The notes: generated by a model from the sequence alone, not told the origin. A stretch of 57,303 bases of DNA from an uncultured Dehalococcoidia bacterium (GCA_964617695.1 CAZTYW010000005.1:1-57303), one strand, 5' to 3'; shown: positions 39,293 to 49,827, counted from the first letter of the stretch. Numbers and translations: made by a program.

Positions 39293-41263
39293 GTGAAGCT
39301 GGACGTGCTGCCGCCAGAGGTCAGGAAGTTCTACGCACGGGCGGAGGCGGACTACAGCGGTTTCTGGGAGGACGCTGCTGCTGGTGCCGCTGATGATATC
39401 CACTGGTTCAAGAAGTGGGACAAGATCTTTGAATGGGACTATCCAACCTTCAAGTGGTACCTGGGGGGAGTCACCAACATAAGCTACAACTGCCTGGACT
39501 ACAAGATTGAGCGAGGCATGGGTGACAAGGCAGCTCTGGTGGCGGAGTGCGGCGACACGGGTGAGACGCGCACCGTCACCTACAGCCAGCTCCTCGACCT
39601 GGTGAGGCAATGTGCCTCTGCATTGAGGGGAATCGGGGTGGACAAGGGTGATCGGGTGGCCATCTACATGCCAGTGAGTATCGAAGCGACGGCATGCATG
39701 CTGGCCTGCGCCAGGATCGGCGCCATACACATGGTCATATTTGCCGGCTTCTCACCGGGTGCCATAGCCGACAGGGTTGAGTTGAGTGGCGCGGAATACC
39801 TCATCACCCAGGCCAGCGGGTCCAGGCGAGGCAAGCCAGTATTGCTGAAAGAAATGGTTGATGAGGCCCTGGGAAGGCTAGCTGACCAGGGTCAGGTCAA
39901 AACGGTGGTGGTCCTCGATCAGCACGCGGATGAGAACATTCCCATGAAGCCTGGCAGGGACGTACGGTGGGCCGATTTCCTGGCCAGAGGAGCGGGCTGC
40001 GAATCGGACTTTGTGCCTATGGAGGCTAACGAGCCACTATTCTTGCTACCTACGTCGGGGACGACGGCGAAACCGAAGGTCACCGTCCAGAATCACGGCG
40101 GCTACCAGGTGTACTGCTACTCACAGGGGAAGTGGATCTACGGTCTGAAATCTGACGATGTGTGGTTCTCGACCTCGGACATAGGCTGGATCGTAGGGCA
40201 CAGCTACATCGTGTACGCTCCTCTACTCTGCGGCTGCACCTCAATCCTGTACGAGGGCACCCCGGACTACCCGCGCCAGGACATGTGGTGGGACGTGATA
40301 GAGAGAAACAAGGTGACGGGTGTGTTTAGCTCCCCGACAGGAATACGGGCCCTGATGAGATACGGTGCAGACCAGGCACGAAAGCACGACTTCGGCAAAT
40401 TGGAGAGGGTGGTATCTGCCGGTGAGGTGCTCAACCCTGAGGCGTGGACGTGGCTGTACGAGGAGGTGTTCGAGGGCAAGATTCCAGTGATAGACCACAT
40501 GTGGCAGACCGAAACGTCGGGCTGCATAGTAGGCTACCCCTATGGCCTGGGCGCATCTCCGGTGAGACCGGGCTCGGCCGGTTTTCCGGCCCCGGGGGTG
40601 ATGGCTGACGTGGTTGACGAGAACGACGGCCACTCCCTTGGCCCGGTGGAGAAGGGTATCCTGGTAATCGAGAAACCCTTCCCGGGTCTGACTCCGACTC
40701 TGTGGCAGAATCGCCAGAGGTATCAGAGCGACTACTGGGAGACCAAGCCGGGCACCCAGGGCGTCTACTATGCCGGAGACGCGGCGTATAAGGATGAGGA
40801 CGGGTACATCTGGTTCGCCGGCAGGGCCGATGAAGTCATCAAGATCGCCGCTCACCGGGTAGGCACCATAGAGATCGAGAATGCGCTCGTGTCTCACCCG
40901 GCGGTGATTGAGGCGGCGGCATCGGGAATCCCCGATGAACTGCGCGGTGAGGTGGCCAGTGCCTTCGTGGTACTTGCCAACGGATACAAGCCCGGCGAGG
41001 ACTTGAAAGAGGAGCTCATCCAGCACGTCCGGAGCGAGATGGGGCCCATTGTGGTGATGAAAGACCTTGTGTTCGTCAACATGCTGCCCAAGACCAGGAG
41101 CGGCAAGATAATGAGAAGGGTCATCAAGTCGTTGATGACGAACAAGGAGCTTGGCGACCTGTCCACGCTGGAGGAAGAGGCGTCGGTCGAAGAAATAAAA
41201 CACGCGGTGCAAAACATGAGGGGCACGGAGGAGGACGGCGCAGCTTCGGCTGTCTCGAGCTAG
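39293..41263 (+). CDS. acs: Acetate/propionate-CoA ligase (AMP-forming)
   Basis: ACARIGAIH, TSGTT.KPK, DIGWIVGHSY, WQTE, GRADEV and PKTRSGKIMRR motifs. Confidence 0.9.
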   Translation: MKLDVLPPEVRKFYARAEADYSGFWEDAAAGAADDIHWFKKWDKIFEWDYPTFKWYLGGVTNISYNCLDYKIERGMGDKAALVAECGDTGETRTVTYSQLLDLVRQCASALRGIGVDKGDRVAIYMPVSIEATACMLACARIGAIHMVIFAGFSPGAIADRVELSGAEYLITQASGSRRGKPVLLKEMVDEALGRLADQGQVKTVVVLDQHADENIPMKPGRDVRWADFLARGAGCESDFVPMEANEPLFLLPTSGTTAKPKVTVQNHGGYQVYCYSQGKWIYGLKSDDVWFSTSDIGWIVGHSYIVYAPLLCGCTSILYEGTPDYPRQDMWWDVIERNKVTGVFSSPTGIRALMRYGADQARKHDFGKLERVVSAGEVLNPEAWTWLYEEVFEGKIPVIDHMWQTETSGCIVGYPYGLGASPVRPGSAGFPAPGVMADVVDENDGHSLGPVEKGILVIEKPFPGLTPTLWQNRQRYQSDYWETKPGTQGVYYAGDAAYKDEDGYIWFAGRADEVIKIAAHRVGTIEIENALVSHPAVIEAAASGIPDELRGEVASAFVVLANGYKPGEDLKEELIQHVRSEMGPIVVMKDLVFVNMLPKTRSGKIMRRVIKSLMTNKELGDLSTLEEEASVEEIKHAVQNMRGTEEDGAASAVSS

Positions 41264-41499
41264 ACATGCGCGGCCCGGAATGGGCCTGGCCGTCCGACGA
41301 AGCGCTTACCTCCTGCGAGCCCGTCTGTCTCGACTCGAACCGATGGTTCGTCCTGTTGCGCCTCCCGGCGCCCCGCTCTGCGAGCTTCTCCCGGATGTGT
41401 TCGGCGCGGGCCTGCCCTGACCGCAACGAGGATTCCCTCCTGGCTACCACCATCCCTGGGTGACCCCTGGGTCGAAGCTGTGCTGCAAGCCTGGCTGTC

Positions 41500-41528
41500 T
41501 TGACAAGCCATATGGCTGATGATAAATT
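41500..41528 (+). promoter_or_regulatory. sigma70 promoter of the hrcA operon
   Basis: TTGACA-N17-TAAATT with extended -10 TG. Confidence 0.8.
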
Positions 41529-41537
41529 ACTAGTCAG

Positions 41538-41564
41538 TTAGCAGTTTAGGTGGGAGAGTGCTAA
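41538..41564 (+). promoter_or_regulatory. CIRCE element (HrcA operator)
   Basis: TTAGCAGTT-N9-GAGTGCTAA versus consensus TTAGCACTC-N9-GAGTGCTAA, directly before hrcA. Confidence 0.92.
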
Positions 41565-41566
41565 AA

Positions 41567-42598
41567 ATGAGCGCCCAGACTACCGATCTTCCGCAGAGAA
41601 GGGCCACCATCCTGAGAGTTATCGTGGCTGAGCACATAGCTTCGGCTGTTCCGGTGCCGTCGGAGAGCATTGCTCGTGGCTATTCGCTCGGTATCAGCCC
41701 GGCGACCATAAGGCACGAGATGGCGCGCCTGGAGGAGGAGGGCTACATCAACCGCCCGCATACTTCTGCCGGAGGCGTGCCGACCGACAGGGCCTATCGT
41801 TATTACGTGGAATGTCTGGTTCAGGAGTCCAAGATCGGCCGGAAGGACCAGATGGCCATCCGGCGCTTTTTCGAAGAATCGGAGCAAGAGCCTGAAGCTT
41901 GGGCGCGCCTGGCAGTGTCAATCCTCACGGAGAGACTTGAAAGCATCGCCGTGGCTACGGTGCCACGCGCCGCAGTGTGTCGCTTCAGGCACGTGGACCT
42001 GGTAGCGCTTCAGGAGTTGCTGATCCTGCTGGTACTGGTGCTCCAGGAAGGGATGGTCAGGAAGCGGATTCTGGCTCTGAGTCAGGCTATGTCTCAGGAT
42101 GAGCTGACTGCCTCGGCCAACAAGATGAATGCCTCGTATCAGGGCCTGAGCTGCCGGCAGATCGGTGCCAGCGACGTTGACCTGTCTCCGGTTGAGCAGG
42201 GAATCAAGCATACTGTGATGGGTATGATGCAGACGGAGGAGAGACAGCAGAACGAGCAGTTCTATCTTGACGGGTTGCGATACTTGATCAGTCAGGCCGA
42301 GTCCATCAGGGAACGGAGTCTCCTCAGCCTGGTGGAAGCCATTGAGGAGAGGACCTTACTGAGTAACCTGCTGAGGTCCCTGGGCGACATATCGGGGACC
42401 AGGGTCACCATTGGCAACGAGAATCGGGAGGAGGCTCTCCAGGGATGCAGCGTCATCCTGAGCAACTACGGGGTTGATGAGAGGAGGGGGGCCGTGGGTG
42501 TCATCGGGCCCACGCGAATGCCCTATGGCCGCGTCATTCCGACCGTGGACTTTATCTCTTCAGTGTTGAGTGATATGTTCGGCAGGATATATACCTGA
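41567..42598 (+). CDS. hrcA: Heat-inducible transcription repressor HrcA
   Basis: SPATIRHEM..LEEEGY..PHTSAG.VPT...YRYYV and GVIGPTRMPY motifs. Start could be GTG 41558. Confidence 0.96.
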   Translation: MSAQTTDLPQRRATILRVIVAEHIASAVPVPSESIARGYSLGISPATIRHEMARLEEEGYINRPHTSAGGVPTDRAYRYYVECLVQESKIGRKDQMAIRRFFEESEQEPEAWARLAVSILTERLESIAVATVPRAAVCRFRHVDLVALQELLILLVLVLQEGMVRKRILALSQAMSQDELTASANKMNASYQGLSCRQIGASDVDLSPVEQGIKHTVMGMMQTEERQQNEQFYLDGLRYLISQAESIRERSLLSLVEAIEERTLLSNLLRSLGDISGTRVTIGNENREEALQGCSVILSNYGVDERRGAVGVIGPTRMPYGRVIPTVDFISSVLSDMFGRIYT

Positions 42599-42612
42599 AG
42601 TCAGGGGTTGCC

Positions 42613-43239
42613 GTGGAGGACGAACAAGAGAAGGCTGAGGGAAAGCTGGAGACCGAGGCAGGCGAGGCAGATTCGCTGAGACAGGCTCTCGACGAGGAAA
42701 AGGCCAGGGCGGAGAGGTACCTGGATAACTGGCGCCGGGCTGAGGCAGACTTTGACAACTACAAGAAGCGCGTTGAGCAGGAGAAAGCAGACAGCAGCAA
42801 GTTCTCTAACATGGTGGTCATCATGGGCCTGCTGCCCGTGCTCGACGACTTCGAGAGGGCCTTCGATTCGCTCCCGGTCAAGCTGGCCGGGCTGACCTGG
42901 ATCGAGGGCATTCGGCTTATCCACCGCAAGCTCCGGGCCACCCTGGAAGCCAGGGGGCTGATGGAGATCAAGTCTCTCGGCGAACAGTTCGATCCTGCCG
43001 TTCATGAGGCGGTCACGCAGGCAGAGGGGGAGGAGGGGAAGGTCATCGAGGAGCTGCAGAAGGGCTACAAGCTGCATGATCGAGTAATCCGGCCTGCCCT
43101 GGTGGTGGTGGGCAAAGGCATCGAGGAAAAGAAGGGAGCAGAGGAGGTTGCCGAGGAGCAGGAGCCAGTGACGGAGGTGGAGTCCGTAGGGGAGGTGGCC
43201 GAAGAGAAATCCGGCGACGCACCGGACAACGCGGGTTAA
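42613..43239 (+). CDS. grpE: Nucleotide exchange factor GrpE
   Basis: [30 protein letters not shown] and [14 protein letters not shown] motifs. Confidence 0.96.
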   Translation: MEDEQEKAEGKLETEAGEADSLRQALDEEKARAERYLDNWRRAEADFDNYKKRVEQEKADSSKFSNMVVIMGLLPVLDDFERAFDSLPVKLAGLTWIEGIRLIHRKLRATLEARGLMEIKSLGEQFDPAVHEAVTQAEGEEGKVIEELQKGYKLHDRVIRPALVVVGKGIEEKKGAEEVAEEQEPVTEVESVGEVAEEKSGDAPDNAG

Positions 43240-43253
43240 GGGAGAAGAGAAGT

Positions 43254-45155
43254 ATGGCACGAGCTGTCGGAATCGACCTGGGAACAACTTTTAGCTTGAT
43301 AGCTGCAATGCAGGGCGGTGAGCCTGTGATCATTACTACTGCCGAGGGGGAAAGGCAAATGCCCTCGGTTGTTGCCGTCAGCAAGACGGGTGAGCGTCTT
43401 GTTGGATGGCTGGCGAAGCGGCAGGCGATCACGAATCCTGAGAACACCATCTACAGCATCAAGCGTCTCATGGGGCGCAAGTTCAAAGACGCCACGGTGC
43501 AGGAGGACATCAAGCGGCTACCTTACAAGATTACCGAGGCGCCAAACGGGGACTGCCGCGTGGTGATGGGCGACAAAGAGTACAGCCCGCCTGAGATATC
43601 AGCCATGATACTTCAGAAGCTCAAGGCAGATGCGGAAGACTATCTGGGTGAGCCCGTCACCGATGCCGTAGTCACCGTACCTGCTTACTTCAATGACAGC
43701 CAGCGCCAGGCCACTAAGGATGCCGGCGCCATCGCCGGGCTGAACGTACTGCGCATCATCAACGAGCCAACGGCTTCTTCGCTGGCCTACGGGCTCGACA
43801 AGAAGGATGAGGCCACCGTCGCCGTGTACGACCTCGGTGGTGGCACCTTCGACATTTCTCTTCTCGAGATGGGCGAAGGCACCTTTCAGGTCAAGTCAAC
43901 CAGTGGCGATACTCATCTGGGTGGAGATGACATTGATCAGCGCATCATGGACTGGGTGTGCGATGAGTTCAAGAAGGAGAGCGGCATTGACCTGAAGCAG
44001 GACAGGATGGCCCTGCAGCGGGTGAAGGATGCTGCAGAGAAAACCAAGCGAGAGCTGTCGACCATGCAGCAGACCGAGATAAACCTCCCGTATATCACCG
44101 CCGACGCTTCCGGGCCCAAACATCTCAACATGACACTGACGCGGTCCAAGCTGGAGCAGTTGGTCATGGAGATAGTCGAGAAGAGCATCGGCCCCTGCCG
44201 CCAGGCGTTATCGGATGCCGGGTTGAAGCCGGCGCAGATAAACGAGGTGATCCTGGTGGGCGGTCAGACCAGGATGCCGTTGGTCCAGGACAAGATAGCC
44301 CAGTTCTTTGGCAAGGAGCTGCGCAAGGGGATCAACCCTGACGAAGCTGTGGCCCTGGGGGCAGCCATTCAGGCTGGCGTGCTCAAAGGGGACGTGAGGG
44401 AGGTATTGCTTCTTGATGTCACCCCTCTCACCCTGGGCATTGAGACCCTCGGCGCCGTGGCCACCACGCTCATTCCGCGCAACACCACTATTCCCACCAG
44501 CAAGAGTCAGGTGTTTTCCACTGCGGCTGATAACCAGCCCAGCGTGGAAATCCATGTGCTCCAGGGGGAGCGGCCCATGGCTGGTGACAACAAGACCCTG
44601 GGGCGTTTCATGCTTGACGGCATTCTCCCGGCGCCGCGCGGCCTGCCCCAGATAGAGGTCACATTCGACATCGATGCCAACGGCATCCTCAACGTGAGTG
44701 CCCGGGACAAGGGCACCGGCAGGGAGCAGAAGATAACCATCACCGCCTCGAGTGGCCTGAGCCAGGAGGAGGTTGAGCGTATGAAGCGGGAGGCGGAGGA
44801 GCATGCGGCTGAGGACGCCAGGAAGAAGGAAGACATCGAGACCCGCAATACTGCCGATACGCTGGTCTACACTGCCGAGAAAGTCATACGGGAGCAGGGA
44901 GATAAGGTGCCCGCTGACTTGAAGCAGCAGGCTGAGGGAAAGATCGCCGCTGTCCGGTCGGCGCTGCAGGGGCAGGATACCGAGTACCTGCGCCGCACGG
45001 TTGAGGAGCTTTCCCAGGTTATGCAGCAGATGGGCGCTGCGGTGTACCAGCAGGCAGGGCCACCGCCCGGTGCAGAGGGACAGCCCGGAGGGGAAGGACA
45101 GCCTGGCGGCGAAGGCGGCGAGGGTACGGTAGAAGGCGAGTTTCGGGAAGTGTAG
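43254..45155 (+). CDS. dnaK: Chaperone DnaK
   Basis: [29 protein letters not shown] and [11 protein letters not shown] motifs. Confidence 0.99.
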   Translation: MARAVGIDLGTTFSLIAAMQGGEPVIITTAEGERQMPSVVAVSKTGERLVGWLAKRQAITNPENTIYSIKRLMGRKFKDATVQEDIKRLPYKITEAPNGDCRVVMGDKEYSPPEISAMILQKLKADAEDYLGEPVTDAVVTVPAYFNDSQRQATKDAGAIAGLNVLRIINEPTASSLAYGLDKKDEATVAVYDLGGGTFDISLLEMGEGTFQVKSTSGDTHLGGDDIDQRIMDWVCDEFKKESGIDLKQDRMALQRVKDAAEKTKRELSTMQQTEINLPYITADASGPKHLNMTLTRSKLEQLVMEIVEKSIGPCRQALSDAGLKPAQINEVILVGGQTRMPLVQDKIAQFFGKELRKGINPDEAVALGAAIQAGVLKGDVREVLLLDVTPLTLGIETLGAVATTLIPRNTTIPTSKSQVFSTAADNQPSVEIHVLQGERPMAGDNKTLGRFMLDGILPAPRGLPQIEVTFDIDANGILNVSARDKGTGREQKITITASSGLSQEEVERMKREAEEHAAEDARKKEDIETRNTADTLVYTAEKVIREQGDKVPADLKQQAEGKIAAVRSALQGQDTEYLRRTVEELSQVMQQMGAAVYQQAGPPPGAEGQPGGEGQPGGEGGEGTVEGEFREV

Positions 45156-45206
45156 CACCTGTACATCCCTGGTGCTTTGGCAGCGCTAACGTTTGCGTGA
45201 TGTCTT

Positions 45207-45235
45207 GCGGTCGCCATCGGCGACCGCCTTTTGTT
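45207..45235 (+). terminator. Intrinsic terminator after dnaK
   Basis: GCGGTCGCC-atc-GGCGACCGC (9 bp stem) followed by CTTTTGTT. Confidence 0.8.
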
Positions 45236-45336
45236 CCCCCGAACACCAGGTGTTGCCGATGCCTGGCCTTTCCCACACGCCATTGCGAGGAGGATGCGCC
45301 CGGGATTGGTGAGAACGGTGACTTTAACTGGCTTCA

Positions 45337-45477
45337 CGTCGTTGCGAGGAGGTCGCCGCAGGCGGCCGACGTGGCAATCTCGGGGTGGGGGTGGGTTGCC
45401 GCTTGAGGGCGCTGGTGATCTGCTGTCCCGTGGATTCCTCCCCGCCCAGAGATTGCTACGCTCCGCTGGCAATGACG
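45337..45477. repeat. Palindromic miniature repeat element (GTCATTGCGAG...GCAATCTC...GAGATTGC...GCAATGAC type)
   Basis: Imperfect terminal inverted repeats CGTCGTTGCGAG / CTGGCAATGACG and a perfect inner pair GCAATCTC / GAGATTGC. Confidence 0.7.
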
Positions 45478-45569
45478 TTATTGCGCAGGTTGCAGGGCTT
45501 GCCTTGCACTACCTGCTGGTGAGATAATAAACGCCTGGTGCCGCTGCGATTGGTGCAGTCCTCCCACAT

Positions 45570-45643
45570 CGGGGTGTAGCGCAGCCTGGTAGCGCACCTG
45601 AATGGGGTTCAGGTGGTCGGAGGTTCAAATCCTCTCACCCCGA
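45570..45643 (+). tRNA. tRNA-Pro(GGG)
   Basis: CGGGGTG acceptor stem pairs with CACCCCG; anticodon arm CCTGA-ATGGGGT-TCAGG; GGTTCAAATCC T-arm. CCA is not encoded. Confidence 0.97.
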
Positions 45644-45843
45644 CGTTCAATTTACACTTCATTGCAGACATTTTGCCAACATTTCCGAATGATTGGTTTT
45701 CGCTCGTATTGATGCGGCCAGCCACGCCACCAGACGCCTGACAATTCTCGCATTAGGTCGTGCCATTTTTCGGGAGGCTGATTGAAAAGGCCATCTAATA
45801 GAACGGGCTAAACGTCTAATATATCTGAGGGAGGTGTGGAAGA

Positions 45844-47205
45844 ATGACTAGGGTGGAAGTATTGATAATCGGGGCAGGCACAGCGGGCGAGTATGCCGCC
45901 GGCACAGCTAAACAGTTTGTTGACTCTGTAGGCATGATCGAAAAAGGCCCCGTTGGTGGTGAGTGCATCTTCCATGCCTGTATTCCCACCAAGGCACTGG
46001 TCCATGCAGCACGGACATACAAGAAGATGAGAGGTGCCGGCTTTTTCGGGCTACCCACGATCCAAGAAGAGGCAAATTATGCGGATGTGAAAGCCTTCAA
46101 GGACAAAATCGTCAGCGGGATAGGCACGGGCAGAGACCAGAGATGGATCGACCGGGGCATAAAGTTGTTCCGAGGTAGTGCGTATTTTCGGTCTCCAAAT
46201 GAGGTGGCGGTTGCTGATGAAGTTATTCAGGCAGACAAAATCATAGTTGCGACTGGATCTGTGCCAGCGGTACCACCGATACCCGGACTACGGGAGGCAG
46301 GATACATCACCAATATCGAAGCTCTGGATCTAGAAAGTGCACCCGAAAGGCTAGCTATAATCGGAGGCGGACCGATAGGGGTTGAGTTTGCCAACATATT
46401 CGCCGCATTTGGTTCAGAAGTTCATATCTACGAGGCTCTGGATCGAATTCTCGCTGGGGAAGATGAGGAGGTATCACAGGTTGTGGCACAGCTATTTGCC
46501 AAACAGGGCATCTCAGTCTCAACTTCTGTTTTGGTCAGCGAGGTGCGCGCCACAGGTGCCGGCAGATTGGTGATCGCCAAGAGTGCGGATGGTGAAGAGA
46601 GAAGGGAGGAGTATGATCAAATACTCGTGGCTACGGGGAGAAGGCCAGGTCTAGATGATCTCAAACTTGCGGCTGCCGGAATAGAATACACGAGAAAGGG
46701 GATCAGTGTTGACGCCGCCCTACGAACCAACCTGCCACACATATGGGCGGCTGGAGACGTGACAGGAGGATTCCTGTTCACGTATGTCGCCGGTGAGCAA
46801 GGCAAAACCGCTGTGGCAAACGCTGTTGGCGGCAAGCGGACAGAATTGAACTACGAGGTGCTTCCTCGGGCTACATTCTGCGATCCGGAGGTGGCCAGTG
46901 TCGGTCTGACTGAGAAACAGGCGCAGGCCCATGGCTACCAGGTCAAAATTGGCAAGTTCGAGTATGCCAACCTCACGCGGCCTGTTGAGGCGGATGAAAC
47001 GGATGGATTTATCAAGATCGTGGCTGATTCGAGTTCAGGACGAATCTTGGGAGGTCATATAGTGGGGGCTGAGGCGTCAAGTCTGATTCATGAGGTTGCT
47101 GTCGCTATGGCAGGCAAAGTGGCGGCGTCTGACGTAGGAAACATGCTTCATTCGTACCCCACGCTCTCCGAAGGGGTGCGCTACGCTTGTCAGGCTATTG
47201 CATAA
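45844..47205 (+). CDS. Class I pyridine nucleotide-disulfide oxidoreductase (Lpd/MerA-like, no C-terminal Cys pair)
   Basis: GAGTAG, GGECIFHACIP redox disulfide, GGGPIG, AAGD and HSYPTLSE motifs. Confidence 0.9.
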   Translation: MTRVEVLIIGAGTAGEYAAGTAKQFVDSVGMIEKGPVGGECIFHACIPTKALVHAARTYKKMRGAGFFGLPTIQEEANYADVKAFKDKIVSGIGTGRDQRWIDRGIKLFRGSAYFRSPNEVAVADEVIQADKIIVATGSVPAVPPIPGLREAGYITNIEALDLESAPERLAIIGGGPIGVEFANIFAAFGSEVHIYEALDRILAGEDEEVSQVVAQLFAKQGISVSTSVLVSEVRATGAGRLVIAKSADGEERREEYDQILVATGRRPGLDDLKLAAAGIEYTRKGISVDAALRTNLPHIWAAGDVTGGFLFTYVAGEQGKTAVANAVGGKRTELNYEVLPRATFCDPEVASVGLTEKQAQAHGYQVKIGKFEYANLTRPVEADETDGFIKIVADSSSGRILGGHIVGAEASSLIHEVAVAMAGKVAASDVGNMLHSYPTLSEGVRYACQAIA

Positions 47206-47413
47206 GCTAATTGGCTTCAGCCTTGGCCATGCTTGGAAGCCTATATCGTGCATGGCACAAATGAGGCAGCTGCCCCAGTTGGCTACGGAGCGTTGTCTCC
47301 CCTAGCATGGTGTCGCCAAACCCTGCAAGAACTCGAGAAGTGAGAAATCATCAATAGAACGCATGGAGTAGTGCAAACAGGACATTCAACAGGCGTGGCT
47401 CAAGAACGACGTC

Positions 47414-48175
47414 ATGATAAGAGCGTTTCTCTTTGACCTAGACGGTACACTCGTGCAGACGGAGAAGCTGAAGGCTTCATCCTATGCAATTGCCGTCCAG
47501 CGCCTTCTCCGACTCTCGGAGCCTGACGTGAGAGCCATCGAAGCCTATCGGGAAATAGTAGGAGCTTCCAGAGACGTCGCTTCCCGCCATATCATGGAAA
47601 GACTGAAACTGGAGAGTGACCTGCGCCCGCTGATGGAACAGCATCAGGTCTCGGAGCCGTGGGAAGTGCTGACGGCTATGAGGATGGCCATCTACGCAGA
47701 GATGGTGGCTGCCCCGAAGGTTATTCAGGACCACAAGTGGCCCTACACTGTTGATTTGCTCCAGGTCGTCAAGGAGAAGAATTGCCTGACCGCTCTGGTA
47801 ACCATGTCACGAAAAAGAGAGGCGCTGCACGTCCTGGATTCGCTTGGCATCGAAAATTTGCTGGACGTGATAGTCACCGCTGAGGATATCAAACAAGCGA
47901 AGCCCGACCCTGAGCCGTATCTTGTGGCTGCTGCAAAGCTCGGGGTGCTACCTGAAGATTGCCTGGTTCTGGAAGATTCGGTCAACGGAGTCCGGGCAGC
48001 GAAAGCGGCTGGCATGAATGTGGTGGCCATTGCCACTCCTTTCACCAATGCTGGTCTCCATACGGAGGACGTGATAGAGGATGCCTGGATTGTCCACGAA
48101 CCCGAAATGCTGGCTGCAACGGTGAGGCACCGAATTGAGGAACATGAGGGACATCGCTCTGGTGACACCCTGTAG
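47414..48175 (+). CDS. HAD-family phosphatase (beta-phosphoglucomutase-like)
   Basis: FDLDGTLV, KPDPEPY and LEDSVNG motifs. Confidence 0.88.
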   Translation: MIRAFLFDLDGTLVQTEKLKASSYAIAVQRLLRLSEPDVRAIEAYREIVGASRDVASRHIMERLKLESDLRPLMEQHQVSEPWEVLTAMRMAIYAEMVAAPKVIQDHKWPYTVDLLQVVKEKNCLTALVTMSRKREALHVLDSLGIENLLDVIVTAEDIKQAKPDPEPYLVAAAKLGVLPEDCLVLEDSVNGVRAAKAAGMNVVAIATPFTNAGLHTEDVIEDAWIVHEPEMLAATVRHRIEEHEGHRSGDTL

Positions 48176-48399
48176 AGCTTCGGTCTGTCATTAGTCGGGG
48201 TATGGGGCTGGGTTAGCGCCGTTGATTCTCTGTTTCCGTATCAGTCTGAAACGTGGGGCGAAAGAGGTGGTGAGTGATAGAAAATGACATGACGTGAACG
48301 GGTCCACCAAGGCTGCCAAATGCTGAGGACTGCAGTTCGGCTGTCATCGTCAAGTCATCTCGAAAGGAGTTATGTTCGTGGAGTGAACGGAGGAAAAAG

Positions 48400-49815
48400 A
48401 TGGTCGAGACCTACGACCTGGCTATTATTGGTGGCGGCTCGGCTGGGCTGACCGCCGGTGCGTTTGCTGTTCAACTCGGCGCACGTGTTGTCCTGTTGGA
48501 GAAGCATCGCCTGGGCGGCGACTGCACCTGGACTGGCTGTGTGCCAAGCAAAGCGCTGCTCAAAGTGGCCAGAGTAGCCCATCAGACGCGCACCGCGGAC
48601 CGCTACGGCATGAGTCCCAACGAGCCAAAGGTAGACCTGAAATCCGTGATGGGCCACGTCAAATCAGTCATAAGCGAGGTGTACCAGCAAGAATCGCCCG
48701 AAGTGCTGCGTGCTGAAGGGATAAACGTCATCCTCGACACCGCCCGCTTCCTTGATGCCCACACTCTGGCTGTTGGCGATGCCACGCTGAAGGCTGACAA
48801 GGTATTGCTGGCTACCGGCGCGCATCCTTTCATACCCCCCATTGAGGGTCTGGACAGAGTGGACTATTTGACCTATGAGACTATATGGGATCTGGAAGCT
48901 CTGCCCCAACACCTGCTGGTGCTTGGCGCGGGACCGATCGGCTGTGAAATGGCTCAGGCATTCAGCCGGCTCGGTTCACAGGTTACGCTGATAGAAGGCG
49001 AAGAAAGGGTTCTGCCTCGCGAGGAGCCAGAAGCGGCCTTCGTACTAGCTGCAGTTCTTGGTGCCGAAGGCATGGACTTGCGGCTGAGTGCCAAGGCTGA
49101 ACGGGTATGGCAGGATTCAGCCGGAATTCACCTGGTGGCCGGTGGCGACGAGCTGTTGGGCGACTCGCTACTGGTTGCCATTGGCCGCCGCGCTACCGTA
49201 GATAACCTTGGCCTGGAGAAGGCTGGAGTGGCATACGATGCCAAGGGAATCAAGGTGGACCCGCATCTGCGCACCAGCCAGAAGCACATCTATGCCGCCG
49301 GCGACTGCACTGGTGGCTACCAGTTCACCCACTATGCCGGCTGGCAGGGTTTCATGGCCGTGCGCAATGCCCTTCTCCCCGGAGCTTCCAAGGGGGTCAC
49401 CGACCATGTGCCCTGGACGACCTTCACCGACCCAGAAGTAGCTCACGTTGGACTGACCGAGGCGGAAGCCCGAGAGCGGTTTGGCGACTCTGCAACCACA
49501 TGTGACTGGTCCATGAAGCGGGTGGATCGTGCTCAGGCTGAAGGAGATACAGCCGGGTTTGTCAAACTGATTCACAAGACAGACGGAACATTCTTGGGTG
49601 CCACCATCGTTGCCGGCCAGGCCGGAGAGATGGTTCAAGAGTGGGTCTTGGCTTTGGAGCACAGCCTGAAGGTGGGCGACCTCGCCGGCGTCATTCATGT
49701 CTACCCAACCTACTCCACCGCCAGCATGCAGGCTGCTGCTGCCATCCGTGTGAATCAATGGTTGACCAGTAAATCCGGTCGGGCTGTTCGAGGCCTGGCT
49801 TCTCTGATGAGATGA
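48400..49815 (+). CDS. Class I pyridine nucleotide-disulfide oxidoreductase (MerA-like, no C-terminal Cys pair)
   Basis: GGGSAG, GGDCTWTGCVPSK, GAGPIG and HVYPTYS motifs. Confidence 0.9.
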   Translation: MVETYDLAIIGGGSAGLTAGAFAVQLGARVVLLEKHRLGGDCTWTGCVPSKALLKVARVAHQTRTADRYGMSPNEPKVDLKSVMGHVKSVISEVYQQESPEVLRAEGINVILDTARFLDAHTLAVGDATLKADKVLLATGAHPFIPPIEGLDRVDYLTYETIWDLEALPQHLLVLGAGPIGCEMAQAFSRLGSQVTLIEGEERVLPREEPEAAFVLAAVLGAEGMDLRLSAKAERVWQDSAGIHLVAGGDELLGDSLLVAIGRRATVDNLGLEKAGVAYDAKGIKVDPHLRTSQKHIYAAGDCTGGYQFTHYAGWQGFMAVRNALLPGASKGVTDHVPWTTFTDPEVAHVGLTEAEARERFGDSATTCDWSMKRVDRAQAEGDTAGFVKLIHKTDGTFLGATIVAGQAGEMVQEWVLALEHSLKVGDLAGVIHVYPTYSTASMQAAAAIRVNQWLTSKSGRAVRGLASLMR

Positions 49816-49827
49816 AAGGAGAAGATA

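Noticed and set aside
45058-45125. Short tandem repeats encoding GEGQPG in the DnaK tail
   Set aside because: Ordinary low-complexity C-terminal linker of DnaK, not a repeat array.
44208-45158. 316 aa ORF antisense to dnaK
   Set aside because: Long antisense ORFs opposite dnaK/HSP70 are a well-known by-product of codon bias.
45644-45646. tRNA lacks an encoded CCA
   Set aside because: Common in bacteria with a CCA-adding enzyme; not unusual.
45844-49815. Mercuric reductase (merA) call
   Set aside because: No C-terminal Cys-Cys and no mer operon genes; only MerA-like.
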